Below are positions 13,910 to 21,689 of a DNA stretch of 32,000 bases, piece after piece. A program made the translations under genes and the position numbers. Positions within the stretch are counted from its first letter, which is position 1, and each line of letters starts with the position of its first letter. A model generated the notes under the pieces. That model was not told the DNA's origin. It did no database searches and saw only the letters and a program-made list of their open reading frames with translations. The stretch covers positions 3,122,411 through 3,154,410 of the forward strand of contig NC_020409.1 in NCBI RefSeq assembly GCF_000341895.1, read 5' to 3'. This DNA comes from Pseudodesulfovibrio piezophilus C1TLV30. Lineage in GTDB: Bacteria > Desulfobacterota > Desulfovibrionia > Desulfovibrionales > Desulfovibrionaceae.

Positions 13910-15583
13910 ATGAGAGTTGATAATTGGAAGATGACAATGGGCAGTTTTCGTCTTTGCCAATGCGAAAGAATGCCAGCTTCAACTGAGTTGAAGTGTATAA
14001 TCAAAAGGTTGCAGGAGTCTCCCGAGGCCTGTGTCGGCTTGATGGCTGGAGGGCGTCTCAAAGGAATTGTGACCATTGAGACTCTTATCGCGAACCTTGA
14101 TTCCCATTCTGGGAGGTTGGAAGGCTCGTCTGCCCTTGAGTGTGCCTCAACGAGTTTTGTGATGACCAGTGGGGATGTTTTCTTCACCGATTTTCTGTAC
14201 GAAAACTCTTCGAAATCATATGACAATATTATTTTAACAAGTTCCCATGGACAAATCAGTCTTGTTGCCAAGGATACTTTTCGTCAAATACTTACCTTTA
14301 AAAACCGCCGGATACGTGAAGTCCTTCCTGTGACTTCCGGGGTCCCGGCTCTTAATGAGAAAGAGAGTTGTCTCAAGGCTCTGGAGCTTTTAAGTCATGA
14401 GGAACACCCGCATGTTGTCAGTTTGGGAAATGATGGCCCAACCGGAGTTGTGACGCGGCACGATATCTCCAGAGCCATTGAAATGCGACAAAACCTTTGG
14501 GATATACGACTTGTTGATGTGGCTCAGAGCAATGTGACTGTCTTGAGGGAGGATATTTCGGCAGAAGAAGCTCTTTTTCAATTGGAGGGAAATCCAAACA
14601 GGCTGATCATTTGCGAGGATTCCGATGGCGGCGTTCGTTCCGTGGTTGATATTATGCAGCTCCGTCGTGCCCTGATCGGTTTGCTCAAGCCGAAAAAATA
14701 TGAAATTGCGTACCAGGGAGTTGCCCAGAGACAGCTCAGTGATATCCTTATTGAACGGGTCATGAGTGATACCATGGGTATAGGAGTGGTGGCTCTGACA
14801 CCCGATCTAGAGATTCAATACAGTAACAGGACAGCGAAAAAACTCTTGGGCCTGAGTTCTGTTTCTCTGAGTAGAAAAAGCGCGTATTCTCTTTCTCATG
14901 ACATCCCGCTTCTGGAAAATGTCGTGCATGCTGTGGGCATGTTGGACCCCGTTTCCAATCCGGTTGTCGATTTGAGCAACAGGACGGATTTTCCCTCGAA
15001 TTATCAGACGAAATTGACAGGGGTATGGAAGAATAATGATCCGAGTGGTTTTATTGTTACCATCCAAAATTCCACTGATGTTCGACTCGCTGAAGCAAAG
15101 CTGCGAAAGCTGGCGTATTACGATGCCTTGACCGGGTTGCCGAATAGGACATTGCTTTTTGAGAGATTGAATATGGAGATCAGGAAAAGCCGCAGGTATA
15201 ATGAAGAGTTTGCAGTGGTGTTTGTTGATTTGAACGGGTTCAAGGGAATCAATGATCGCTATGGTCATCGTTACGGAGATCAGCTTCTTATCAAGGTTGC
15301 CAACCGATTTTCCAATGTCCTGCGTGAAACCGATACGGTTGCCAGGCTCGGTGGCGATGAATTCCTTTTTATTCTCCCTGGCGCATCCTTCATGGAAACA
15401 GCATGGGTTGTCTCCAAGAAGATACTCGCCGTGCTGGATGAGCCGATTGTTTTGGAAGAGGTGACAGTCTCCATCGATGCCAGTTTCGGGACAGCGTACT
15501 TTCCGGAAAATGGGCTGACCCCCGAGGAACTTATCGATTTTGCCGATCAGGAAATGTACGAATCGAAAAGACTTGGACTCTAA
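13910..15583 (+). CDS. CBS-CBS-PAS-GGDEF diguanylate cyclase
   Basis: 557 aa. It contains CBS-like modules (LKGIVTIETLIANL, PTGVVTRHDISRAIEM, VRSVVDIMQLRRAL), a PAS-like segment (MGIGVVALTPDLEIQYSNRTAKKLLG) and a GGDEF domain (YYDALTGLPNR ... RLGGDEFLFIL). An RxxD I-site (RETD) sits 5 residues before GGDEF. The exact start codon is uncertain. Confidence 0.85.
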   Translation: MRVDNWKMTMGSFRLCQCERMPASTELKCIIKRLQESPEACVGLMAGGRLKGIVTIETLIANLDSHSGRLEGSSALECASTSFVMTSGDVFFTDFLYENSSKSYDNIILTSSHGQISLVAKDTFRQILTFKNRRIREVLPVTSGVPALNEKESCLKALELLSHEEHPHVVSLGNDGPTGVVTRHDISRAIEMRQNLWDIRLVDVAQSNVTVLREDISAEEALFQLEGNPNRLIICEDSDGGVRSVVDIMQLRRALIGLLKPKKYEIAYQGVAQRQLSDILIERVMSDTMGIGVVALTPDLEIQYSNRTAKKLLGLSSVSLSRKSAYSLSHDIPLLENVVHAVGMLDPVSNPVVDLSNRTDFPSNYQTKLTGVWKNNDPSGFIVTIQNSTDVRLAEAKLRKLAYYDALTGLPNRTLLFERLNMEIRKSRRYNEEFAVVFVDLNGFKGINDRYGHRYGDQLLIKVANRFSNVLRETDTVARLGGDEFLFILPGASFMETAWVVSKKILAVLDEPIVLEEVTVSIDASFGTAYFPENGLTPEELIDFADQEMYESKRLGL

Positions 15584-15955
15584 ATGCGATTACGAGCAAC
15601 GCAATACTTGTTTCAGGCAGGGTGGTTGGGGGTGCTGACGAGCGTCACTGTTCTCTCTGTTTTACCCGGCAGTGGGCAGCCTGTGCCGTTCTCTTTCATT
15701 GATAAGATTGAGCATTTCAGCGCATATTTTACTCTTTCTCTTTTTGCGGAAGCTCTGCCGGGGTATCAGCGGGGGCGGATGATGTTCTTTCTTGTTGGTT
15801 GGGGTGGATTGATGGAAGTCATCCAGAATTATATCCCCTCCCGTGATCTTTCATTGGGAGATTTTATTTGCAACGCCGTGGGAGTTCTCTGTGGCTCTGT
15901 CGTGGGATTATTCCTGTCTCGGATGACGATGCGCGCTGGTCGAATGCGGTCCTGA
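15584..15955 (+). CDS. VanZ-like family membrane protein
   Basis: 123 aa with 4 predicted TM helices and the DKIEHFSAYF motif typical of VanZ-like proteins. Its ATG directly abuts the stop codon of the GGDEF gene (TAAATG). Confidence 0.6.
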   Translation: MRLRATQYLFQAGWLGVLTSVTVLSVLPGSGQPVPFSFIDKIEHFSAYFTLSLFAEALPGYQRGRMMFFLVGWGGLMEVIQNYIPSRDLSLGDFICNAVGVLCGSVVGLFLSRMTMRAGRMRS

Positions 15956-16115
15956 ATTCTGATGTCTCTCCCCGTTTGGGTGTGGTTGTGGAAAGGGGCT
16001 TTTGTCCTCTTCTCTAAAGAATATGTCCGTTTTTGCTGGAATACTCTGTGCCAGAAAATACGTACGCATATTTAAACAGCCCTAGAGGCTTGATTTTATA
16101 CTACAGTTACCATGT

Positions 16116-16131
16116 TGGCATCATACTCGCT
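16116..16131 (+). promoter_or_regulatory. Sigma-54 promoter (TGGCATCATACTCGCT) for the second exosortase-substrate gene
   Basis: GG-N10-GC spacing is exact. The site lies 36 nt upstream of ATG 16167, leaving a leader of about 25 nt that contains the GAGGAGAG SD. Confidence 0.55.
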
Positions 16132-16166
16132 TTTCTTTGGAAAGCTTATTCAGAGGAGAGAATATT

Positions 16167-16664
16167 ATGCTGAACGCGATACGTTTTATTCTGTTTGCAG
16201 CGGTGTTGAGCTTTCCTGGGATTGCGTCTGCTGCACTTTGGGCAGACAGTGGGACCTATTCGCCATTTAGCGATGGTGAAACCTACGCGGTTTTGGGGAG
16301 TGATGTTGGCTCTCTCGCACCGGGGACCTATGAATTTTCAATCACCTACACCACTCTTGGCACCTGGGATTCAGAATCCGATCCCGAGGATTCCATGATC
16401 CTTTCCGCTTTTTCGGATGGCTATAGCAAGTATTTTGCCGAGGCCGCCAGTGACATGAGCTTTTCCAATACGTACACAAAAACGCTCATCTTTACATTGA
16501 CTTCCGTGCTGAACGGCATTTTTGTTCAGTCGGATGTCACCGGAATCGATGAGAAGTGGGAGTTTGTCAGTGCTTCCATCAATGCGACTCCGGTACCGGG
16601 AGCCTTTTGGTTGCTTGGCAGCGGCCTGCTCGGTTTGATTGGTCTGCGGCGTCGATTGATCTAA
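16167..16664 (+). CDS. Secreted protein with a PEP-CTERM-like (TPVPGA variant) exosortase sorting signal
   Basis: The start is ATG 16167, 6 nt after GAGGAGAG (the ORF-track start 16137 is a non-ATG extension). The signal peptide is MLNAIRFILFAAVLSFPGIASA|AL. The C-terminus is NATPVPGAFWLLGSGLLGLIGLRRRLI. Confidence 0.8.
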   Translation: MLNAIRFILFAAVLSFPGIASAALWADSGTYSPFSDGETYAVLGSDVGSLAPGTYEFSITYTTLGTWDSESDPEDSMILSAFSDGYSKYFAEAASDMSFSNTYTKTLIFTLTSVLNGIFVQSDVTGIDEKWEFVSASINATPVPGAFWLLGSGLLGLIGLRRRLI

Positions 16665-16718
16665 AAGTCAAAGAGTTGAACCTTCATAGGCGCACCGTAG
16701 CCTTCCTTGTCATGGACC

Positions 16719-16749
16719 GGAAGAACGCGTTTGCGTCTTTCCTTTTTTC
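16719..16749 (+). terminator. Rho-independent terminator after the second exosortase-substrate gene
   Basis: GGAAGAACGC-gttt-GCGTCTTTCC forms a 10-position stem with 1 mismatch and 1 G-U pair. It is followed by TTTTTT. Confidence 0.6.
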
Positions 16750-16931
16750 TGTTCCATCCCCTCCAGTTTGTTTCGCGTCAAGAAGGGAGAGCTTCTTGAG
16801 GTGATTTATCAATCATGCATGTTCCTTGTGGTGGGGATGGGTAATTGTTCGCTTCCGGTTGCATATATGGTTTTAGCGGAGGCTGTTTGGTGTCGTTCCG
16901 GGGACTGTCAATGCAATCAATGGAGAGATAT

Positions 16932-17921
16932 ATGAAACCATGGTTCCTGTCTTTTTTGAGTATCCTGTTGCTGGTCCTGCCTGCTCAAGCGGAGATGCCT
17001 ATTGTCGGTTTTATTACCGGGGCTTCAGGGTTGGGAGATCTTTCCTTCAACGACATGGGCTATGGTGGGATCAGAAAGGCGCAACAGGAATTCGGATTCA
17101 AGTTGATCGTCCTGGAACCGAAGGGAAATGGAGAAAGCACGGAGCAGGACGTGCTTAAGCTTGTTGCAAAAGCTGATATAATTATACTTCTTGGTGTGCA
17201 GCATACAGAACTTGCCAAGCAGGCAGCCCAAGATAACCCTCACAAAAAGTTTGTTCTCGTTGAAATGCCGGTTAGGGATATGGCGAATATGTCCAGCATC
17301 ATGTTCAAGCAGCATGAAGGGTCGTTTCTTGCCGGAGCCATGGCCGGGTATATGACACAAACAGGTACAGTCGGTTTCATCGGCGGGACAAAAGTGTTGC
17401 CCGTCGAGGCTTTCGAACAAGGCTATCGTGAAGGATTCCTTTACGCCCGCCCTGATGGGACGTTGCGTGTCGAGTATCTTTCTGCTGCTGGCGACTTTTC
17501 CGGGTTCAGCAATCCTGCCAAAGCTTATGGGATAGCCATGGGCCAGTATGAGCAAGGCGCGGATATTGTTTTTGGTGTTGCCGGTTTGTCCGGCAATGGG
17601 GTTATCGAAGCCGCGAGGCGCACGGGGAAACTCGCCATCGGCGTTGATTCCGATCAGGATTCCCTGGCAAAAGGGTTTGTGCTGACGAGCATGATTAAAA
17701 GATTGGACACGGCTCTCTACCATGAATTGCAAGTAATCATGGGTGGTCATTTTTCGCCGGGGATCACGTTCTATGGCCTCGGGAATGGTGGGGTCAGTTT
17801 GAGTCAAATGAAATATACACGGCATCTGATCAACCCGGAAATACTGGAGAAGATCAAGGCAATCAGGAAGGAAATAATCAACGGTGGCATCAAGGTGACA
17901 GATCTGCTTCCCAAAGGATAA
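16932..17921 (+). CDS. BMP-family (basic membrane protein / Med / PnrA-like) periplasmic substrate-binding protein
   Basis: The start is ATG 16932 after GGAGAG. The signal peptide is MKPWFLSFLSILLLVLPAQA|EM. Family-typical stretches include VGFITGASGLGDLSFNDMGYGGIRKAQQEFG and GFIGG...FGVAG...AIGVDSDQ. Confidence 0.75.
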   Translation: MKPWFLSFLSILLLVLPAQAEMPIVGFITGASGLGDLSFNDMGYGGIRKAQQEFGFKLIVLEPKGNGESTEQDVLKLVAKADIIILLGVQHTELAKQAAQDNPHKKFVLVEMPVRDMANMSSIMFKQHEGSFLAGAMAGYMTQTGTVGFIGGTKVLPVEAFEQGYREGFLYARPDGTLRVEYLSAAGDFSGFSNPAKAYGIAMGQYEQGADIVFGVAGLSGNGVIEAARRTGKLAIGVDSDQDSLAKGFVLTSMIKRLDTALYHELQVIMGGHFSPGITFYGLGNGGVSLSQMKYTRHLINPEILEKIKAIRKEIINGGIKVTDLLPKG

Positions 17922-18049
17922 CCTGCCTACTATGAGCCAGTGAAAAATGTGCGGTTCGTCAGGTCCGTTTTATGCGGAAATCTCGATAGGCTGTGGCACA
18001 TCTCATTTTGAATTTCTGTTGAGGAACTATCGGTTACTATGAGGAATAT

Positions 18050-20347
18050 ATGAAAAGTCTGAGGATTCGAGTTCTGTTGGGAACTTCATTGATTCTTGTT
18101 GCCTTTTTATTTCTGCTGGGATCGTATGTTATTGTTTCCCAGCGGCAGGAGCTTATAAATACTCTTGAAGATCATGGCCAGCGGATGGCCTCTCTGACTG
18201 CTCGTTCCTGCTCGGAATATATTCAGCGATTCAGCTATTTCCTGATGGAGGATCAAGCCCTCTCCGTGGAGCAGTCCCCGGATGTCGCCTTTTGTGAAAT
18301 TTATGATGTGGAGGGCAAATCCCTTCTCCAGTCCGGTAATATCATTTCCAAGGATCATACTCGCAAGAATTCTCCGTCGTATGGGGGGAATCTGCTCCTG
18401 GTCTCTCAACCCATAATGGCAGGAACCACCCGGATCGGCCGGGTTGATATCGGTCTCAAACTTGAGAGTATTGATCAGGCTATTTCTGAAAAGACGATTC
18501 GTATGGTCATGCTATTCATTCTGCTTGCCCTGTGTTTGATTACCGTTTTGAGCGGTTTTTTCCAGCAACTCTGCATCAAACCCATTCAGGATCTGACTCA
18601 ATACACCCGCAAGGTTGCTCAAGGGGATTTTGTTGTGTTCGATGCTGGGGGCAGAGATGATGAAATTGGCTATCTCGCCCAGAATTTCAATGAAATGAGT
18701 ATGTCTCTCAAGGAATTGTACGGCGGTTTGGAATCCAAGGTTCGGGAGCATACCAACGAGTTGGAAAAAACAAATATGGAATTGCAGGACATGGTTTCAC
18801 ATGCAGAGCGCATGGCTCGGAAAGCGGAAGAAGGAACCCGAGCAAAATCTCAGTTCCTTGCAGCAATGAGCCATGAAATACGAACTCCCATGAATTCCGT
18901 CCTTGGCATGGCCGAAGCCTTGGCAGAAACGGCATTGACCGGTGAACAGAAAAGTTACTTGAATGTGATTCAGGGATCAGGCACCACATTGCTCGGTCTG
19001 ATTGATGATATTCTTGATCTGAGTAAAATTGAGAGTGGGGATGTGGTTGTGGAATCGATTCCTTTTCAGATTGAAGATGTCCTGGCTCATGTTTTCAGCG
19101 TGATGTCTTATGCCGGACATGCAAAGGCTCTTGATTTGGATTACATGATTGCGCCGGAAATCCCCGGTATGGTGCTTGGCGATTCCTATCGATTGCAGCA
19201 GATTCTCATGAATCTGGTCAGCAATGGGATCAAATTCACTCATGCGGGGGCGGTTCATGTTGAAGTTGATGTCCTGTCTCGAAAAGGGACAGGGTTTGGT
19301 TCCTCGGTGGTCCTGCAATTCCTGGTGCGGGATAGCGGGATAGGGATTGTCCCCGAGGCTCTTGATTCGATTTTCGATAAATTTACCCAGGCGGATTCCT
19401 CCACAACCCGTAACTATGGTGGTTCCGGTCTTGGTTTGGCCATCTGCAAATCACTGTGTGAAATGATGGGGGGAAAAATAGCTATAGAAAGTGAGGTGGG
19501 AGTGGGCACCAATGTCCTCTTTAACCTGCCATTTGATGTTGCGCGGGAAACAGCCCCTGGTGCATCTCCTCTTTCCGGCAAACATCTCTTGTTGGTTGAT
19601 GACCGGGATCGGCTTCAGGAACGGCTTGCAGCCCGTATCAGGGGGTGGGGTGGATCGATTGTCATCCGGGAGGATTTGGAGAGCGCAGTGACAGCTGTGG
19701 AAAGCGAAGGGAGCGGGGAAACGTATGACGCGGTTGTCGTCAATACCCCCTTGGGGGGCAAATCCTGGCGAAACGTGGCAGCAGAAATGGTCCAAAGAGG
19801 ACTTGATCCGCAACGGATCATCCTGCTGACGTCAGAGCCTGCCGAGGATGCCGGAGATTTTTACTCCATCGGCGGTATCCTGACAAAACCACCTGGCATG
19901 GAACGGCTCAAGGCCACAATGGAAAAGATGGCAGTCAGAAATTTGCAACCGCAAAAGACGCTGCGATCGTTGGAGATTCTCCTTGTTGAAGACAATGAAG
20001 CCAATGTCATGCTTATTGAAGTGTATCTCAAGGACACGGCGCATACCTTGTCTGTTGCGCATGACGGGCAGGAAGGGTTTTCCTTGTATCGGGAAAAGCG
20101 ATTCGATATTGTCTTTATGGATATCGAAATGCCCGTCCTTGACGGCTATGGCAGCACTCGGATGATTCGGCAATGGGAAAGGGAGAATCGCAAGTCACCA
20201 GTACGTATCATTGCCTTGACTGCTCATGCCCTGAACGAAGTCCGAGAAAAGGCACTCGATGCCGGATGCAATTCCCATTTGACGAAACCTGTTTCCAAGG
20301 AAGCTTTTTTGCGGGCTTTGCGAATCGAAATTGGCCGATTTCACTAA
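18050..20347 (+). CDS. Hybrid sensor histidine kinase (TM-periplasmic-TM-HAMP-HisKA-HATPase-pseudoreceiver-receiver)
   Basis: 765 aa. It has two TM segments flanking a loop of about 130 aa, a HAMP domain, the H-box SHEIRTPMNSV and the G-box GSGLGLAICK. The first REC-like domain has N at the phospho-acceptor position (AVVVNTPL). The second REC domain is canonical (DIVFMDIEMP...LTKP). Confidence 0.85.
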   Translation: MKSLRIRVLLGTSLILVAFLFLLGSYVIVSQRQELINTLEDHGQRMASLTARSCSEYIQRFSYFLMEDQALSVEQSPDVAFCEIYDVEGKSLLQSGNIISKDHTRKNSPSYGGNLLLVSQPIMAGTTRIGRVDIGLKLESIDQAISEKTIRMVMLFILLALCLITVLSGFFQQLCIKPIQDLTQYTRKVAQGDFVVFDAGGRDDEIGYLAQNFNEMSMSLKELYGGLESKVREHTNELEKTNMELQDMVSHAERMARKAEEGTRAKSQFLAAMSHEIRTPMNSVLGMAEALAETALTGEQKSYLNVIQGSGTTLLGLIDDILDLSKIESGDVVVESIPFQIEDVLAHVFSVMSYAGHAKALDLDYMIAPEIPGMVLGDSYRLQQILMNLVSNGIKFTHAGAVHVEVDVLSRKGTGFGSSVVLQFLVRDSGIGIVPEALDSIFDKFTQADSSTTRNYGGSGLGLAICKSLCEMMGGKIAIESEVGVGTNVLFNLPFDVARETAPGASPLSGKHLLLVDDRDRLQERLAARIRGWGGSIVIREDLESAVTAVESEGSGETYDAVVVNTPLGGKSWRNVAAEMVQRGLDPQRIILLTSEPAEDAGDFYSIGGILTKPPGMERLKATMEKMAVRNLQPQKTLRSLEILLVEDNEANVMLIEVYLKDTAHTLSVAHDGQEGFSLYREKRFDIVFMDIEMPVLDGYGSTRMIRQWERENRKSPVRIIALTAHALNEVREKALDAGCNSHLTKPVSKEAFLRALRIEIGRFH

Positions 20348-20366
20348 TGCGTACTGGATTGTTTTC

Positions 20367-20744
20367 ATGACAAGACTGCCTTTTACAGATCTCGTGATTG
20401 ATTTGATCAAAAGCATCCCGGCAGGGAAGGTCGCGACGTATGGAGGAATTGCCCGTATGGCCGGAAAGAGCCGTGGAGCAAGACAGGTTGCTTATATTCT
20501 CCACTCTTTTTCAGCCAAGGAAGGGTTGCCATGGCATCGTGTGGTCAACCGGGCAGGATGTATATCCTTGCGGCCAGGGTTTGGGTATGAGGAACAGAAA
20601 GATCGGCTCATCAGTGAAGGTGTCGTGTTTGACGAAAAGGACACACTTGATTTTGGACGATTCCTCTGGATCCCGGGGCCTGAAGAGTGCCAGGAAACCA
20701 CGCCCCCACGCGACATAACATCCTGTGGGGGCAATGATTCCTGA
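20367..20744 (+). CDS. Alkyltransferase-like (ATL) protein, MGMT DNA-binding domain family without the catalytic Cys
   Basis: The start is ATG 20367 (MTRLPFTDLV...). The fold matches the MGMT C-terminal domain (IPAGKVATYGGIARMAG...RQVAY). The active-site motif reads PWHRV instead of PCHRV; the Trp codon is at 20532-20534. Confidence 0.7.
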   Translation: MTRLPFTDLVIDLIKSIPAGKVATYGGIARMAGKSRGARQVAYILHSFSAKEGLPWHRVVNRAGCISLRPGFGYEEQKDRLISEGVVFDEKDTLDFGRFLWIPGPEECQETTPPRDITSCGGNDS

Positions 20745-20752
20745 CTCGGGAG

Positions 20753-21400
20753 TTACAGTTTTTTGAGTGCCTGTACGACCTCGGTCGGGTCCAGGCGTTT
20801 GGTGTAATCCACCTCGGCAAAGTGGTAGGCCACGGTGCCATCCTGTCGGATCACATATGTTGCCGGGATCGGGAGAGTGTATGAAGCATCTCCGTTGGAT
20901 TTCTCCAGATCAATTCCGAATCCCTTGTAGATTGCTTTGAGTTCTTCTCCGACCGTGAAGACGAGGCCAAATGATGTGGCAACGACATTACCATCGTCAT
21001 GAAGCACATCAAATGTCAGTGCATTCTTTTCAGCCGTGGATAGAGAGTTGTCTTCAGTTTCAGGACTGATTGCCGCAAGGCTCGCTCCCAGTTCATGAAT
21101 TTCCGGCAAGACCTTTTGCAGAGCTACCAGCTCCAGATTGCAGTAAGGTCACCAGCCGCCTCGGTAAAAACTGAGAACAAGTGGTCCCTGTTGCAGATAG
21201 GCAGCGAGGTTTCGTTCCTGATTCAGATGATTTTTCACTGAGAATTGAGGAGCTTTTTCTCCATCCGCCAATGCCGAGCCTTCTATGCCGGAATTTCGCA
21301 GGTCTTTCTCAGCTTGCTGCATTACTGCTTGTGCTGTTTCAGGGATTCGTTTCTTGTTCTGCTTGAGAGTCTGGGCCAATTGTTCTGTCAAAGTGGACAT
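20753..21400 (-). CDS. Peroxiredoxin-like (AhpC/TSA, Prx-like) selenoprotein; in-frame TGA (21151-21149) read as selenocysteine in a UxxC redox motif
   Basis: ORF-track entries 21149..21400 and 20753..21109 are in the same frame and are separated by a single TGA. The joined translation reads ...PLVLSFYRGGW-U-PYCNLELVALQKVLPEIHELGASLAAISPE... This is the FYRGxWCPYCN thioredoxin-fold motif with TGA at the first Cys. AGGAG lies 6 nt before ATG 21400. A hairpin with GGU in its loop follows the TGA. Confidence 0.7.
21117..21142 (-). promoter_or_regulatory. Candidate bacterial SECIS hairpin downstream of the in-frame UGA
   Basis: The mRNA reads UGA CCUUAC UGCA AUCUG GAGCU GGU AGCUC UGCA. It has a 5-bp upper stem (GAGCU/AGCUC) with a GGU apical loop 24-26 nt from the U of UGA, a 4-bp lower stem (UGCA/UGCA) and a 5-nt bulge. 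Confidence 0.5.
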
Positions 21401-21597
21401 CGCAATCTCCTGTGTGGGTTGTGTGTCTTGCTCCGTTACTATGAGGCAGGGACCTCAGCATAATCCCTGTAGTGCCTCCGAGTACGCTACAAGAGCCTAG
21501 TTGCATGTGCAACTATATTCTACGGTTCGTTATATTGAATTATTGTATTGAAAGCATATGCTTTTCAAATAGTTATAATTTTATAAGATTCATATTT

Positions 21598-21623
21598 ATC
21601 TAGAACAAACGTTTGACATAGAT
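21598..21623. promoter_or_regulatory. Probable TetR operator: ATCTA-gaa-CAAACGTTTG-aca-TAGAT
   Basis: A 26-bp imperfect palindrome with a perfect 10-bp core, CAAACGTTTG (21606-21615). It lies about 70 bp upstream of the TetR start. The same 11-mer, CAAACGTTTGA, recurs at 22265-22275. Confidence 0.45.
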
Positions 21624-21689
21624 GGTGAGCGGTTGTATTGCTGGATGCTGCCAAATGGGAAGATGAAAGCATTGAACTCAAAGGATGTC

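Noticed and set aside
16838-16853. TGGGTAATTGTTCGCT upstream of the BMP-family gene as a sigma-54 promoter.
   Set aside because: GG-N10-GC spacing is satisfied, but the -24 element is poor (TGGGTA vs TGGCAC). The support is too weak to list it as a feature.
17025-17825. Long antisense ORFs: 17025..17825 (-), 25672..26271 (-), 24447..25248 (-), 30596..31495 (-) and 3130..4107 (-/+ alternatives).
   Set aside because: Each is fully contained in, and opposite or out of frame to, a gene with strong family signatures (BMP protein, RND permease, nifI2/nifD, exosortase). None has a motif of its own.
17994-18009. TGGCAC upstream of the histidine kinase gene as a sigma-54 promoter.
   Set aside because: The -12 position (GG+10) reads TT, with no GC or TTGC nearby. 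This is probably a chance -24-like hexamer.
20753-21400. Reading the two Prx-like fragments as a pseudogene broken by a nonsense mutation.
   Set aside because: There is a single TGA, exactly at the redox-active Cys codon. The frame and the conserved motifs are intact on both sides, and a SECIS-like hairpin follows. Selenocysteine recoding fits better, but it remains unproven.
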